DNA from: the human T2T-CHM13v2.0 reference genome, Homo sapiens
Reading direction: 5' to 3' (one strand)
NCBI RefSeq assembly: GCF_009914755.1
Contig: NC_060929.1
Length of the DNA: 64,000 nucleotides
Shown here: piece by piece, positions 31,120-51,068 of the stretch
Layout: every line of letters starts with the position of its first letter
How positions within the stretch are numbered: the stretch's first letter is position 1
The notes under the pieces: model-generated
The model's input: the letters and a program-made list of their open reading frames with translations, nothing else
Database searches by the model: none
Told to the model about the DNA's origin: nothing
Made by a program: the position numbers and the translations under genes

Positions 31120-31765
31120 TGCATTACCTACCTACCAGCAATGTATAATGGTTGCAGTTTCATCATATCCTTGCCAACACTTATTTTTTGTCTAATTAAA
31201 GCCATTCTAGTGTGCAAAAAAATATGTCTTCATAGTTTTGATTTGCATTTCCCTACTGATTAATTATGTTGAGTATCTCTTTATGTGCTTACTGGCCTTT
31301 TGTATATTTTCTTTGGTGAAATGCCTATTTAAATCTCTTTCCCATTTTTATATGAGGTTGTTTCCTTATTAAGTTATAAGGAATTTGAATTTATCCTGGG
31401 TACAAGTCCTTTATCAGATATATGATTTACAAATATTTTCTCCCAATTTATGGCATGGTCTTTTCATTTTCTTGATAGTCTCTGGAAGTGTAAAGATTTT
31501 TAATTTTGATGAAGTCAAATTTATAAATTTTACCATTCATTACATATACTTTTGGTATTATATTTAAGAAATCATCCCTTAGCCCAAGTTCATAAAAACT
31601 TACCCCTAAATTTTCTTCTAAGTGTTGACAGTTGTAGCTTTTACATTTTTGTCTATGATTCAATTTGAGTTAGGTCTTTTTGTTTGTCTGGTGTGTATGA
31701 GTGGTCCAACTTCATCTTTTACATGCAGATATCTAATTGTCCCAGCACTATTTGTTGAATGTTTG
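31120..31765 (-). mobile_element. Old L1M ORF2 3' fragment
   Basis: ccttgccaacact...gatttgcatttccct...ttgtcccagcactatttgttgaa. Confidence 0.75.
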
Positions 31766-31818
31766 TTTTAAAAAGCCAAATAAACTCCAAGTCCAACTGA
31801 TTGACACTATCTCACAGT

Positions 31819-32106
<288 letters not shown>

Positions 32107-32149
32107 CTACTCTTCCCTGGCTGAATGTGAGGCTTAGTGCACAGTAAAG

Positions 32150-36900
<4,751 letters not shown>

Positions 36901-38189
36901 GAGGAAGCATATAGAAGACTACTATTAGGTAAGCCTAGAAAAATTAGTTTGGACTTAGATCCTAATAGAAAATGCAAGCTTTGCTTTGAAAACCACAAAA
37001 TTCCTCCTACTGTTTTTCACCATCTATTTGCTGGGAGTGCCTAGTTGACTATAAAATATTTTTATGTAGGCACTCATTTTCCCCAGCAGTAACCAGTATT
37101 AGCTATCAGAATTAACTACTTTAAAAGAGAGACGATTGGACTGACTTAACACTCGGTGAATTAGCGATGCCACAGGAAGACCAGGGTTATGATTCTGTAC
37201 TCAGGGAGAAGAAAATATAATCCTAACACTATTTGGCTATGCCATGAGCAGAATTTACATTGATAGAGCAACATAAATACTGTTCTTTTTTAATTTTTAC
37301 AGTATATAGCCAAAGCACATAAGACATAATTACAGTCACAGATTAAAATGCAAACATTTATCACTTTGATAATGTAGAAGATGGCAGATTATACATGGGA
37401 CGAGAGGTAGAAGGGGGTAATATACTCGTTTTACGGTGTGGAGAATGAAGAAATATCAGAATTTATTGAGCAAGAAGTAGAGTACATTACATGAAATTAT
37501 AAATGTGATCATTAAAAAACTAAACAGAAAACGTAACATCTATCACAATAAGGTGGGTGGAGACTCAGAGTACTTTAAAGGAGTAAAATTATCCCATTTT
37601 ATACTGGAGAGTTATTTTTTAAACTAAGAAATCCATGTTTGCATTTTATTTAAAATTATTGAGGTAACCCAAGGGACACACAAAAAAACAGAAGCAGTTA
37701 AGATAGATCATTTATGGGAAATAGACTAGAGATGGGAAGGAGCAGGACAGGAATTGTTATCTTTCACAGCCCTATTGTTTAATTTTACTTTTATCATGTG
37801 CAGCCTGTATTATTTAAATAAAATAACAAACAAAACCAACAAGTATAGATTCCACCAATGGTTCTGAAGCTCACCTCCTGGGTAAGGTATGTCTCACAGC
37901 TCAATAGGAGAAAAAAATCAAACACTGTGCAGCTGATTCGGGTAGATTAAACTGCATTACATGGGCTACACTTGTGTCATTATTCCTTAAGAGCTGTGAA
38001 TCTATTTCTCCCTCTCTCTCATGTTATAGTTAAAGAAACTATAGCCCAGATCAAGCAATGCTAATAGTCACTGAGGACTAGAGCATCAGTCTCCTAACCC
38101 CCCAAATTGTCCTCATGCTATGTACAAATACACTTAAATCTCACAAATTCTTACTGTACATGTTAAGGAAAGGAACTCTCTTATTGGTG

Positions 38190-38670
38190 ATCGCTTTGGT
38201 TTGGGTTTCCCAAAAAGCAGAGCCTGAGAAAAGTAATGTATTTGTGGGTGAGCGCTAAAGCAGGAGTAAGGGAAGGAGAAGAGCGCAGAAAAGTGGAAAA
38301 GCCGCCAATAACGTGTAACATTGGGATTGCCTGGGAGGGAATGAGGGCTCAGTTTCAGCAGTTCTTCCCAGGAAGTGAACTGACTTTCCGGGATTGTCAG
38401 CCCAGGGAAGAGGAGGCTGGAGCATTTGTACCAGCTGACCTCACCAGTGATTGAGGACTGTCATGAGGGCACTAAATTTCTCAAGCTTCCAGGCTGGGTT
38501 TACACACTCCTGCAACTATAGAAAAGTCTCTGGGTCAGAATCCAGAAGGTTAGATGGTGAATGCTTGGTAGAACTTTGTTGGGGCACTTAAAAATCCACT
38601 GTACCTCTTAGCTGAAATTGGAGGCTCAGAAAGGAATGTCACATGACATGGGGCAACAGAGGCAACTGCT
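38190..38670 (-). mobile_element. LTR16/LTR33-like ERVL LTR
   Basis: tttgggtttcccaaaaagcagagcctgaga is the reverse-complement LTR 3' end. Confidence 0.45.
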
Positions 38671-39328
38671 AGGATCTCAGTAAATAAAGGCTCTTACTTT
38701 TGGTGTGATTTAGAATGATTTATAGCCAATTCTGCTACATCTCTATTCCAGCATATATTTTACAAAATAAATTGTCAGACATTTAGTCTGTTTTATATAT
38801 GTAAGTACTTCATTACCATGAAGAAGTCATCAGTCTTCTGTCTACAGGTTATTTGAAATCCTCTTGAGATATTATTTTTCTATGTATATATATTGTAAAC
38901 TGAATTTCCCTTGAATACTCATTACTGACGTATGACTATCCTGAAGACAAGCACAAAAATTTCACAAAGCCATATTTCTTTGACACTCTATTCTTCCCAC
39001 AGGCTATGTTAGTCTAGTAATAAAGCAAATAATGATTTACTAAATGTTATTTATGCTGATTATACAGTTATTCACTAAGTGGCCTTTGACATACAATTCT
39101 CATATATTTTATATTCATTGCATAGAATGTCATATACACACACATCACATATTTTATGGGATAGTTTAATATGCTCACTTAAACAGATGTTTGCATGGAA
39201 GTTAAGCCTATTTGCAAATAGGCCATATAAAGATATATCATACTTTCAGGTAGTACCACATTTTTTAAATCTTTCAGAAATTTTTCATAATGTTTGGTAG
39301 TGAATGTGCTCTTCTTGGTTAAAAGTTA

Positions 39329-41350
<2,022 letters not shown>

Positions 41351-41409
41351 AATTCCTATTAAAAATAATATTATTTTGATGAATATTTCTATTTTAAAAG
41401 AAGACTGTT

Positions 41410-41424
41410 GAGTGAGACTCTGCC

Positions 41425-41448
<24 letters not shown>
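41410..41448 (+). mobile_element. Ultra-short Alu 3' end (16 nt) plus poly-A
   Basis: gagtgagactctgcct + A27; perfect TSD aaaagaagactgtt at 41396-41409 / 41449-41462; TTTT/AAAAG site. Confidence 0.85.
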
Positions 41449-41455
<7 letters not shown>

Positions 41456-42189
41456 GACTGTTTCAGGTACTGGGGGCGAGAGGGAGGCTGGTAATTACCG
41501 CACTTTAGAAATTTAATTAACAAATAATGAAAGCCTGCTCTCATGTATATATGAAGACGCTGGTGCTGCCAGACCATCAGTCATCACAGGCTTTGTCAGG
41601 TTTTTTTTTTTCTTCTTCCTCACTAGTGCTGACAGACAGACCCACATTTATCCAAACTCAGTTTTCTTTCCTATGACCAATGGCAAAGCATTGTCAGATG
41701 AGTTGAACCCTAAGGTCCTTTCCAGGTCTAACATCCTACCCTTCCATCTTAGATTTATGAGGTGGTTGGCTAGAGTTAGAGGCATAATCTATCCTTACTG
41801 AATAGAGAAAAATTTGTAGACTAGACAGGAACCGCATCCACTGCCTCACTAGTATCATATCCCCAAACAGAGAATATTAATACAAGTTCTCAGTGGCTTT
41901 CCTAACTAAAATAACCTACCGTGTGCAAAAGAGAAAAAATGCAAAACTTATTGATAGATGATTTGTTCTGCCACAAAACCATCAGGACTCTTTATATTCA
42001 ATATGATTTGGGTAAATATAAGTTTCAAGTAGAGCAATATCTATGCTCATTTATTCTTCTTTATTGTTTCCTCTAGTTTTGACTATTGAATTTTATTTTA
42101 GTTCTATATTTTAAAATTATAATTTATCTTTTTTTTAATGAGTGTAGTCTAAGTTGCCAAAGATCATGTGTGGACTGATATAAAAATTT

Positions 42190-42320
42190 TAAAAAGAAAA
42201 AGAAAGAAGGGAAAAAGAAAGAAGGGAAAAAGAAAGGAAGGGAAAGGGAGGGGAGGGGAGGGGAGGAGGGGGAAGAAAGAAAAAGAAAAAAATGAGCGGG
42301 AAGGAAGGAGAAAGAAAGGA
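42190..42320. repeat. GA-rich low-complexity tract
   Basis: Direct reading. Confidence 0.9.
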
Positions 42321-43409
42321 CACAATTCTTACTGCAAATTGCCCTAGTGCTTAGAGAAAATTACAATTTCCTATTAATGTCAGGAAAGATAAAGATAGGG
42401 GAAGAGATGGATAAAAACCCAGGGAAGATACATGCCAAGGACAGTTTTTAGAACTATGAAAATGTAACTCCTGCTCTTGTAGATGGAAATTGTATTCTTC
42501 ATAAGAAAATATGTATAATAAACAAATTGCACTTTAACAAAACATCATTACTCTGTAAAGGCAATCACAGATTGACATGTATTACCAAAACTGACTTCAA
42601 AAATGATGACCTCAAAATTTAATTTCAGCTGTTAGAAGGGGAACAAAGAAGATATAAATAATAGACCGGTGGAGACTCTTCTTTTTCTTGGGAAATGGTT
42701 CCAAGGACACTACCATGTCCCTAACAACTCAGGAAGGTTTCCTACAACCTGAATTTTGGAAGATTATCTGTCATTTCAGGGAACACACTCCCCACAGTCT
42801 GTTCAGAAATCACTTCTCTGGTCACTTGCAACCAGAGCTGCTTGAAGCACAGTAAGAGAGCACTGGCCCACCCTCCCCAACTGCATCATGTCTGGGAGTG
42901 TGTGGCTGCAATTACAGGTGTCCACACAGCTGCATACTGTTTTAAAACTACTTTTCTATCTGCTGCCAGTGACTGTAAATTTAATCAGAGCACCTGCTGC
43001 CCTCTTACTTAGTTAATTCATAGTGATCTGCCTGAACTAAAGGAAATTTCAGAAAAGCCTCTGTTCTTCAATAACAAATTACCAGTCTCTACTTTGGCCT
43101 GAAGGGTCTTTGATTCATGTCATATTACACTTACACTAAGCACTGATGACAGTGGACACATTTAGTTTTTCTAAGTAGTGTTGGGGCTAGGGAACAGGAA
43201 ATGACTACTAAGATTAAATAAAATGAGAAGATCAATTGTCTGCCTGAATATTGACAGCTGGGGAACTAGTCATCCTTGACCTCAGACATGAGGTATTTTT
43301 TTCACTGAGGGGTAAAAGCACTAGCTAATAATATTTTTGCCATAGTGATTGGCAGAGTGCAATAAAAATGTAATATCATTTACTTTTTGAAAATAATTTA
43401 AAGCGATAC

Positions 43410-44830
43410 AATAGAACAAAGATAGCCTTTCAACAAATGGCTCTGGAACTACTGGACTGTCATATGCAAAAATAAATTAATTAATAAATCTAATGACAAA
43501 TCTTATACCTCTCAAAAAAATTAACTTAAAATGGATCATACACTGAATGTAAAACACAAAACCATTAAACTCCTAGAAGATAGCACAGGAGAAAATCTAG
43601 ATGACCTTGGGTTTGACAATGACTTTTTAGATGTAACACAAAAGGTACAATCCATGAATGAAAGAATCGATAACCTGAACTTTTAAAATTAAAATTTTAA
43701 ATGTCTTCTCTGTGAAAGACACTCTCAAGAATATAAAAAAACAATCCATAGATGGTGAGAAAAGTACTTGCAGAAAATATAGGTGATAAGGGCCTGTTAT
43801 CCAAAATGTACAAAGAACTCTTAAAATTCAACATAAACAGCCCAGTTGAATATCGGTCCAAAGACCTTAACAAACACCTCATCAAAGAAGATATACAAAT
43901 GGCAAATAAACATATGAAAAAATGTGGCACATTGTATCTCATCAGGGAAATACAAATTAAAATGACGATGAGCAACCGCTACAAACCTATTAGAATAGCC
44001 AAAATCCAGAACAGTGACAACAACAAATGCTAATGAGGTCATGGAGCACCAGAAACTCTCATTTATTGCTGGTAGGAATGTAAAATAATACAACCACTTT
44101 GGAAGACAATTTGTAATCTTTCTACAAAACTGAACATATTCTTGCCATAAGATCCAGCAATTGTGCTCTTTTGTATTTCCCAAATGAGATGTCCACACAG
44201 AAACCTGTACATGGATATTTATAGCAGCTTTATTCATAATTGCCAAAATGTGAAAGCAACCAAGATAGCCTTCAGTAGGTGAATGGATAAACTGTTAGAC
44301 AATGGAATATTATTCCGCACCAAGAAGAAATGAGCTACCAAGCCATGATAAGACATGAAAGCTTCAAAGAAATTCAATCTGTGTTACTAAGTGAAAGAAG
44401 CCAATCTGAAAAGATTATATATTGTATGATTCCAATTATATGACTATATGACATTCTAGAAAAGGTGAAATCATGGAGACAGTAAAAAGATCAGTGATTG
44501 CCAGGGGTTTGAGGAAAGGGAGAAATGAATAGGAAGAACAGTGAAAACATCTGTATGATACTATAGTGCTGAATACATGTAGTTACATATTTGTCCAAAC
44601 CTACACAACACCAAAGATGAATGCCAATGTAAACTGTGGACTTTGGGTGGTAATAATATGTCAATGTAGATTCATCCATTCTAACAAATACACCACTCTG
44701 GTTGGGTATGTTAATAATAGAGGAGGCTATGCATATGCATAAGGTAGGTGGTATATGGAAAATTGCTATACTTGCCTTTTAATTTTGCTATGAACCTAAA
44801 ACTGCTCCAAAAATAAAGTCTATTTAAAAA
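43410..44830 (+). mobile_element. L1MC-like 3' portion
   Basis: ttttcaacaaatgg...ctaagtgaaagaagccaatctgaaaag...gaacctaaaactgctccaaaaataaagtctatt. Confidence 0.85.
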
Positions 44831-44888
44831 TTTATAGTTTGTTGCTTCAAATCTCCTTTAGTTTCCAAATAACTATGATTATAACTTT

Positions 44889-45550
44889 TGTTTAGGCTTT
44901 ATTTTAGGTTAGGACATACATGTGAAGGTTTGTTACATAGGTAAATTCATGTTACTGGGGTTTGTTGTATGTATTGTTTCATCACCCAGGTATTAAGGCT
45001 AGTACCCAATGGTTATTTTTTCCTCTGCTCTCCTTTCTCCCATCTTTCACCCTCAAGTAGATCCCAATATCTGTTGTTCCCGTCTTTGCATTCGTGAGTT
45101 CTCATCATTCAGCTCCCACTTATAAGAACATGAAGTACTTGGCTTTCAGTTCCTGTGTGAGTTTGCTAAGGATAATGGCCTCCACCTCCATCCATGTTCT
45201 TGCAAAAGACATTACCTCATTCTTTTTAATGACTGCATAGTAATTCCATGGGGTATATGTACTACAATTTCTTTATCCAATCTGTCATTGGTGGGTATTT
45301 AGGTTGATTCCATGTCTTTGCTATTGTGAATAGTGCTGCTGGAATAAACATTCGCATCAATGTGAATTTATGGTAGAATGATTTCTGTTCCTCGGTGTAT
45401 ATACCCAGTAATGGGACTTGCTGGGTTGAATGGTAGTTATGCTTTTAGCTCTTTGAGGAATCACCATACTGCTTGCCACAATGGTTCAACTAATTTACAC
45501 TCACTCCAATAGTGTATAAGTCTTCCCTTTTGTCCACAACCTTGCCAGCA
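44889..45550 (-). mobile_element. L1PA15/16-like 3' end
   Basis: ggtttgttacataggtaaa...gtttgctaaggataatggcctcca; perfect 15 bp TSD tatgattataacttt at 44874-44888 / 45551-45565. Confidence 0.9.
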
Positions 45551-45954
45551 TATGATTATAACTTTCATAAGCTAAATGCTTTTACTTTCATCCATCACAC
45601 TATCTTATCTCAAGTAGCTTTGGAGACACTAGACAGTAGGACAAGAATAATAAAAACTTACAATAATTAAGTCTAGGTTATTTTCTTAATACTTGCCACC
45701 ATTTCATTCCTACCAAAATATTTCCCAAATGATATGTCTTTGGTTCTAAATTTGGATTGTTCTCATATTAAAGGGTCACTCATGAATCCACTCTAGAACA
45801 ATCATAGCCTTGCACAGGGTCAGTGGATTCTATATGCAGGGTGATTCCCAGAATCCTCCTCCTCTCTTTTAACATTGAATGACTGATTACAAACTTTATG
45901 AAAAGTTAGGTACCAAGTAAATGAAAAAATGAGGTCAGATCTATTCACAGATTT

Positions 45955-47000
45955 TTATCTTTTTAAAATTCAACTTTATTGAGATATAATCTGTATAAAA
46001 CAAAATGTATCCATTTACATTGTACAATTTAAAGAGACTTGACACCGAAGTAAAATCTACCAAAACCTAAAAATAGAACATTCCTTCAGCCTCAAAAGTT
46101 TTTTTCTCTCATCCCAGCTAATTCCCCTTAATTTCCCAACTCCCAGCACCTGGTTCCAGGCAACCACTAACCATTTTTCTGTCACTATAGTTTCCTTTTC
46201 TCTTTTCTAGAATTTTATTGAAATGGAAACAATATATATCCTTTTGTATCTGGCTTCTTTTCCTCAGCCTGTTTTTGAGATTATCTTAAGTTGTTCCTTA
46301 TATTATTAGTTTATTGTGTTTCTTCTCGATGTAGAGTAATATGCTATTGAATAAATATACATTATATTTATCCAGCCACTTGCTGATGGATATTTGGGTT
46401 GTTTCCTGTTTTTTGCTATTATGAGTAAAGCTGATATGAATATTTCTCTTCAGTAAATTCCCAGGAGTGAAAAGGTTGCCTTATGTATGTGTGTGTGTAT
46501 GTATGTGTGTGTATGTGTTTTATTTTTACTTATTCATTAAGAAACTGGCCTTTTTCCAAAGTTATTTTTACCTCCAGCAGTGTATGACAGCTCTTGTTAC
46601 TACATAAAGTCTCCAACATTTAGTCTTGTCATTTTAAAATGACTTTTAGGCATTCTAGTTAATTTATAGCACTGTTTCATTTTGGTTTTAATTTCTATTT
46701 GATTACCAATAAAGTTGAACGTATATCTGTGTGTTTCTTAACCATCCTTATATCTACTTTTGTGAATTATCTGCTCAAATCTGTTGCCCATTTTAAAATT
46801 TGATTATTTATCTTCTTATGATGTAATAGTTTTTAAAAATCTATTCTAAATTCAAGTACTTTGTTAGATACATATTTTGAGAACATATTCTCCTATTCTA
46901 TGGCTTATCTATGTATTTCTTTAATAGCATATTATGAAAAACATTTAGAATTTTGTTGAAGTCCCACTTATCTACATTTTTTTATGATTTGTGCATCTTG
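45955..47000 (-). mobile_element. Old L1MB/ME 3' portion
   Basis: aactttattgagatataat...aggcaaccactaa...gctgatggatatttgggttgtttcc. Confidence 0.75.
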
Positions 47001-49477
47001 CACAAACTGTAGGGCTCTCACATATAGAGCCCTAATTCTAAAGTTCCCTATGGATTAGTTCTCAAGTTTCTAACTCTGAGAATGGAGGGTAGGAGACACA
47101 CATGAGTCTCTCTAGACCACAGGGAAAAGGCGGTGGTTTTATGCAGGTACGTAAGCACTTCCACAAGCTTTATTCTCTAGGAGCAGTGCAGATAGGAGGC
47201 TTAAAAAACATAGTCTCCTGTCTCTTCCTGGAAGGGACTTAAGACATACTCTTTCAGTGGCTACTTGGTAGCCTGGCTTCTAATTAACTTACATTGGGGA
47301 GCTAAGGGGGCAAACAAGTATTAGCTTACTGGCAGCCTGAGAAGCAGATCAGTACCTCTCAGGCCTTCAACATCCCCTCTGCCCAACCCCCACCTGGCTC
47401 ACTTCAGTGATAATTCCAGGCCTGAAAGGAGATTGGCCATACTTCAAGTGCCCCAACTTTCACAGCTTTCACCTGAAGAACTGCATCCTAAACCTCCTAG
47501 CTCTGGAAGCAGAGGGGACTGGTATATGCATCTCTCTCTAGAACACAGGAAAAAAAGTGGTGCTTATACATGGGCACAAAGGAACAGCAGAGGAGGGGCT
47601 TTAAAATTGCAACTCCCTGTTTCTTCCCAAAAGAGGTATATGATAGACTCTTCCAGTGGCTACTTGGTGGCCAAGCTTCTAACTAACTTGCATCAGGGAC
47701 TTAAAGGGGCAGACAAGTATTGGCCCACTGACAGCCTGAGAAGCAGATTGGTACTTGCCAGGCCTTCTCCTTGGCTCACCCTAGTGATAATTCCAGGTTT
47801 ATTAATCCTCCTGAAAGAAATTTGTCCACACATCAACACCCCAACTTTTTACATGTTTACTGGAAGGACTGCCTGCCAAACCTCCTAGCTCTAGGAGTAG
47901 AGAAGACTAAGTATATGTGAGACTCTCTAGACCACAAAAAAAGTGACAGTTTCATGTGGGCAGGGGAGCACTTGCAGGGAATTTATCTCTCAGGAGCAGC
48001 ACAGAGAAGGGGCTTTGAAAACACAGCTCTCAGTTTCTCCCTGGAAGGGGATTATACCATGTGTTGAGCACCCCAACTCTTATAGCTACCTACCAAAGGA
48101 TTCCATACCAAATCTCTTAGCCCCAGAGCAGAATGGACTAGGCATATGTAAAACTCTCAGATCACAAAACAAAGAAGTGGTTTTAAACAGGTACGCAAAT
48201 ACCCCCTTGGAATAGTGCAGAGAGGAGACAGGAACAGGCATTTCCCATTTTCTCTCCAGAAGGGTCTTATAGCACACACTTCCAGTGGCTACTTGATAAC
48301 CTGGCTTCTAACAAACTTGCATCAAGGAGCTAACAGTGTAAACAAACAATAGCTCTCCGGCAGCCTGAGCCAGAGCTTGGCACAAAATAAGCCTTTCTTC
48401 TGGCTCACCCCAGTGATAAATCCAAGTCTACTCGTTCTTACTGAAAGAGTTTTGATCATACACTGAGTGTGTTATAACTTTCACAGCTTACACTCAAGGG
48501 ACTGTCACCGTAAAGACCTAGCTTTGGAATTGATGGGGCTTTGCATTTCTAATAGGCATAGACCACAGAAAACAAAGAGGCCCACTTTCAGCATCTATCT
48601 CCCCAAGATCAGAGGGTGCAGCCTGAATGTGAGTATAGGCATTTACCACAAATTCTTTCTCTGGCTTAGTGCAGAGAGAGTGGGAGATAGCACCTGTGCT
48701 CAGCCTCATTATGAAGATAGGAGAAACTGGAACACACATTCAACATACCAACACACCAGCTATAGCTAGACAGTCTGGCTTCTGCCTTACCGCTTTTGGG
48801 ATACTGACAGTATGTGGCACATCCTAACCTTCAGGGGGCCACCAAAAACAGCAGTCTAGACAAATGCAAAGATTCAAGACGCACCTTAAAATCTCTGGCC
48901 GGACAGATTAGTGAGCTCTTTCTTCTACACGAGTCTAGTTTGACAAGACTGGAAGAGGTAGTTGTCATATCTAATATGGAAAGGCCAACACAGAGAGTCA
49001 GGAAAAATGAAGAAATGGGGATATATTCCAAATAAAAGAACAAGATAAATTTTCAAAAAACAACCCAAGTAAAGTGGAGATATATGGTTTACCTTACAGA
49101 GAACTCAACATAATAATCATGAAGATGCTCACCAGGGTCAAGAGAGCAAAGAAAGAACAAATTGAGAAATTTAACAAAGAAATGGGAAGTATAAATAATT
49201 ACCAAACAGAGATTATATAGCTGAAAAATATGAAATAAACTAAATAATTCAATAGAGGGATTCATTAGCAGACTAGATCAAGCAGAAGAAAGGATTACTA
49301 AACTCAAAACAGCTAACTGGAAACCATACAGTCTGAAAAGCCAAAAGAAAAAAAGAATGAAAAGAAGTGAGAATAGTTTAAGAGACTTATGGAACACCAT
49401 CAAGCATAACAACATACACATTATTGGTGTCTCGGAAGAAGGGAGAGACAGAGACAGACAACGTATTCAAAGAGATT

Positions 49478-49790
49478 GGCCTGGTGTGGTGGCTCATGCC
49501 TGTAATTTTAGCACTTTGGGAGGCTGAGGCGGGTGGATCACTTGAGGTCAGGAGTTCAAAACCATCCTGGCCAATACAGTGAAATCCCATCTCTACTAGA
49601 AATACAAAAATTAGCTGGGCATGGTGGTGCATGCTTGTAATCCCAGTTACTCAGGAGACTGAAGCAGGAGAATAGCTTGAACCCAGGAGACAGAGGTTGC
49701 AGTGAGCCAAGATTGTGACAATGCACTCTAGCCTGGGTGACAGAGAAAGACCGCATCTTAAAAAAAAAAAAAAAAAAGAAAAGAGAAAAG
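49478..49790 (+). mobile_element. AluS (Sx/Sz-like)
   Basis: Full dimer; ggatcacttgaggtcaggagttc; poly-A. Confidence 0.95.
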
Positions 49791-50194
49791 AAATAATGGC
49801 AGAACGTTTTCCAAGTCTGAGGAAGACAATAGAAATACAAATCCAGGAAGCCCAAAGGACACCAAACAAGATGAATTTGAGGAGACTTACATTCAGACAC
49901 ATCACAGTCAAATTGTCAAAATTAAAGACAAAGAGTTTTGAAAGCAGCAAAGGAAAAGAAAATCATTACATACAAAAGAACCCCCATAAAATTATTACTG
50001 GAGTTGTCTGCAGAAACCTTGTAAACCAGAAGGGAATGAGATAATATATTCACAATTCTACAAGAAAATATTTTCAGCCAAGAATACTGTATCCAGCTAC
50101 CCAGTCTTTCAAAAATAAAAGCATGATAAAAACTCATGCAGAGAAAGAAAAGGTGAGAGTTTGTCACTGCCAAGTCTGCCTTAGAAATGCTATA

Positions 50195-50246
50195 GGGAGA
50201 CAGAGTGAGACTCCATCTCAAAAAAAAAAAAAAAGAAAAAAAAGAA
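50195..50246 (+). mobile_element. Ultra-short Alu 3' end (~25 nt) plus A-rich tail
   Basis: gggagacagagtgagactccatctc + tail; TSD agaaatgctata at 50183-50194 / 50247-50258. Confidence 0.9.
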
Positions 50247-51068
50247 AGAAATGCTATATGGGGGTTCTTCAAACTAAAAGAAGACATTAATCAGTAATGT
50301 GAAAGTATATGAAAATGTAAAACTCACTCATTGTCAAAACAAGACACACTAATACTATAATGGAGGTAGGTAAATCAATTATATCTGTAGTATAAAAGTA
50401 AAAGAGCAAAACTATGAAAAACAACTAAAGCTACAATAATTTATTAAGGGATACAATTTTTTTAAAAAATGTAAATTGTGACATTAAAACCATAAAACAT
50501 GGGAGGAAGGGGAGTAAAATTGTAGTTTGTATATGTGATCAAAATTATATGTTACAGCATAAAATAGCCAGTTATACTTAAGATATTTTATGTAAGCCAT
50601 GAGGTAACCAAAAAACAAATGCCTATAATAGATACATAAAAGATAAAAAGAAAAGATCTAACACATACCACTACAGAAAGCCATTAAACCACAAAGGAAG
50701 AAAACAATGGAAGAAGAAAGGAACAAAAAACAACCAGAAAACAATTAACCAAATGGCACTAGTAAGTACTTACCTAACAATAATTACTTGGAATGTGAAT
50801 GGATTAAATTCTTAAATCAAAAGACATGGAGTGGCTGAATGGATTTTTTTTTTTTAAAAAAAGACCCAATTATATTCTTTTTATAAGAAACTAAATTCAC
50901 TTAAAGGACACTCTAAGACAAAGTGAGGGGATGGAAAAAGATATTCTATGTAAATGGAAACCAAATGAGAGCAGGGGTAGCTATACCCATGTCAGACAAA
51001 ATAGACATTAGGTCAAAAGCTTTAAAAGAGACAAAGAAGATAATTATTAACTTCGTCAAGAAGATATA

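Noticed and set aside
47433-47888. 151 aa ORF
   Set aside because: Non-ATG start, lies inside L1 5'UTR monomers, no recognisable domain.
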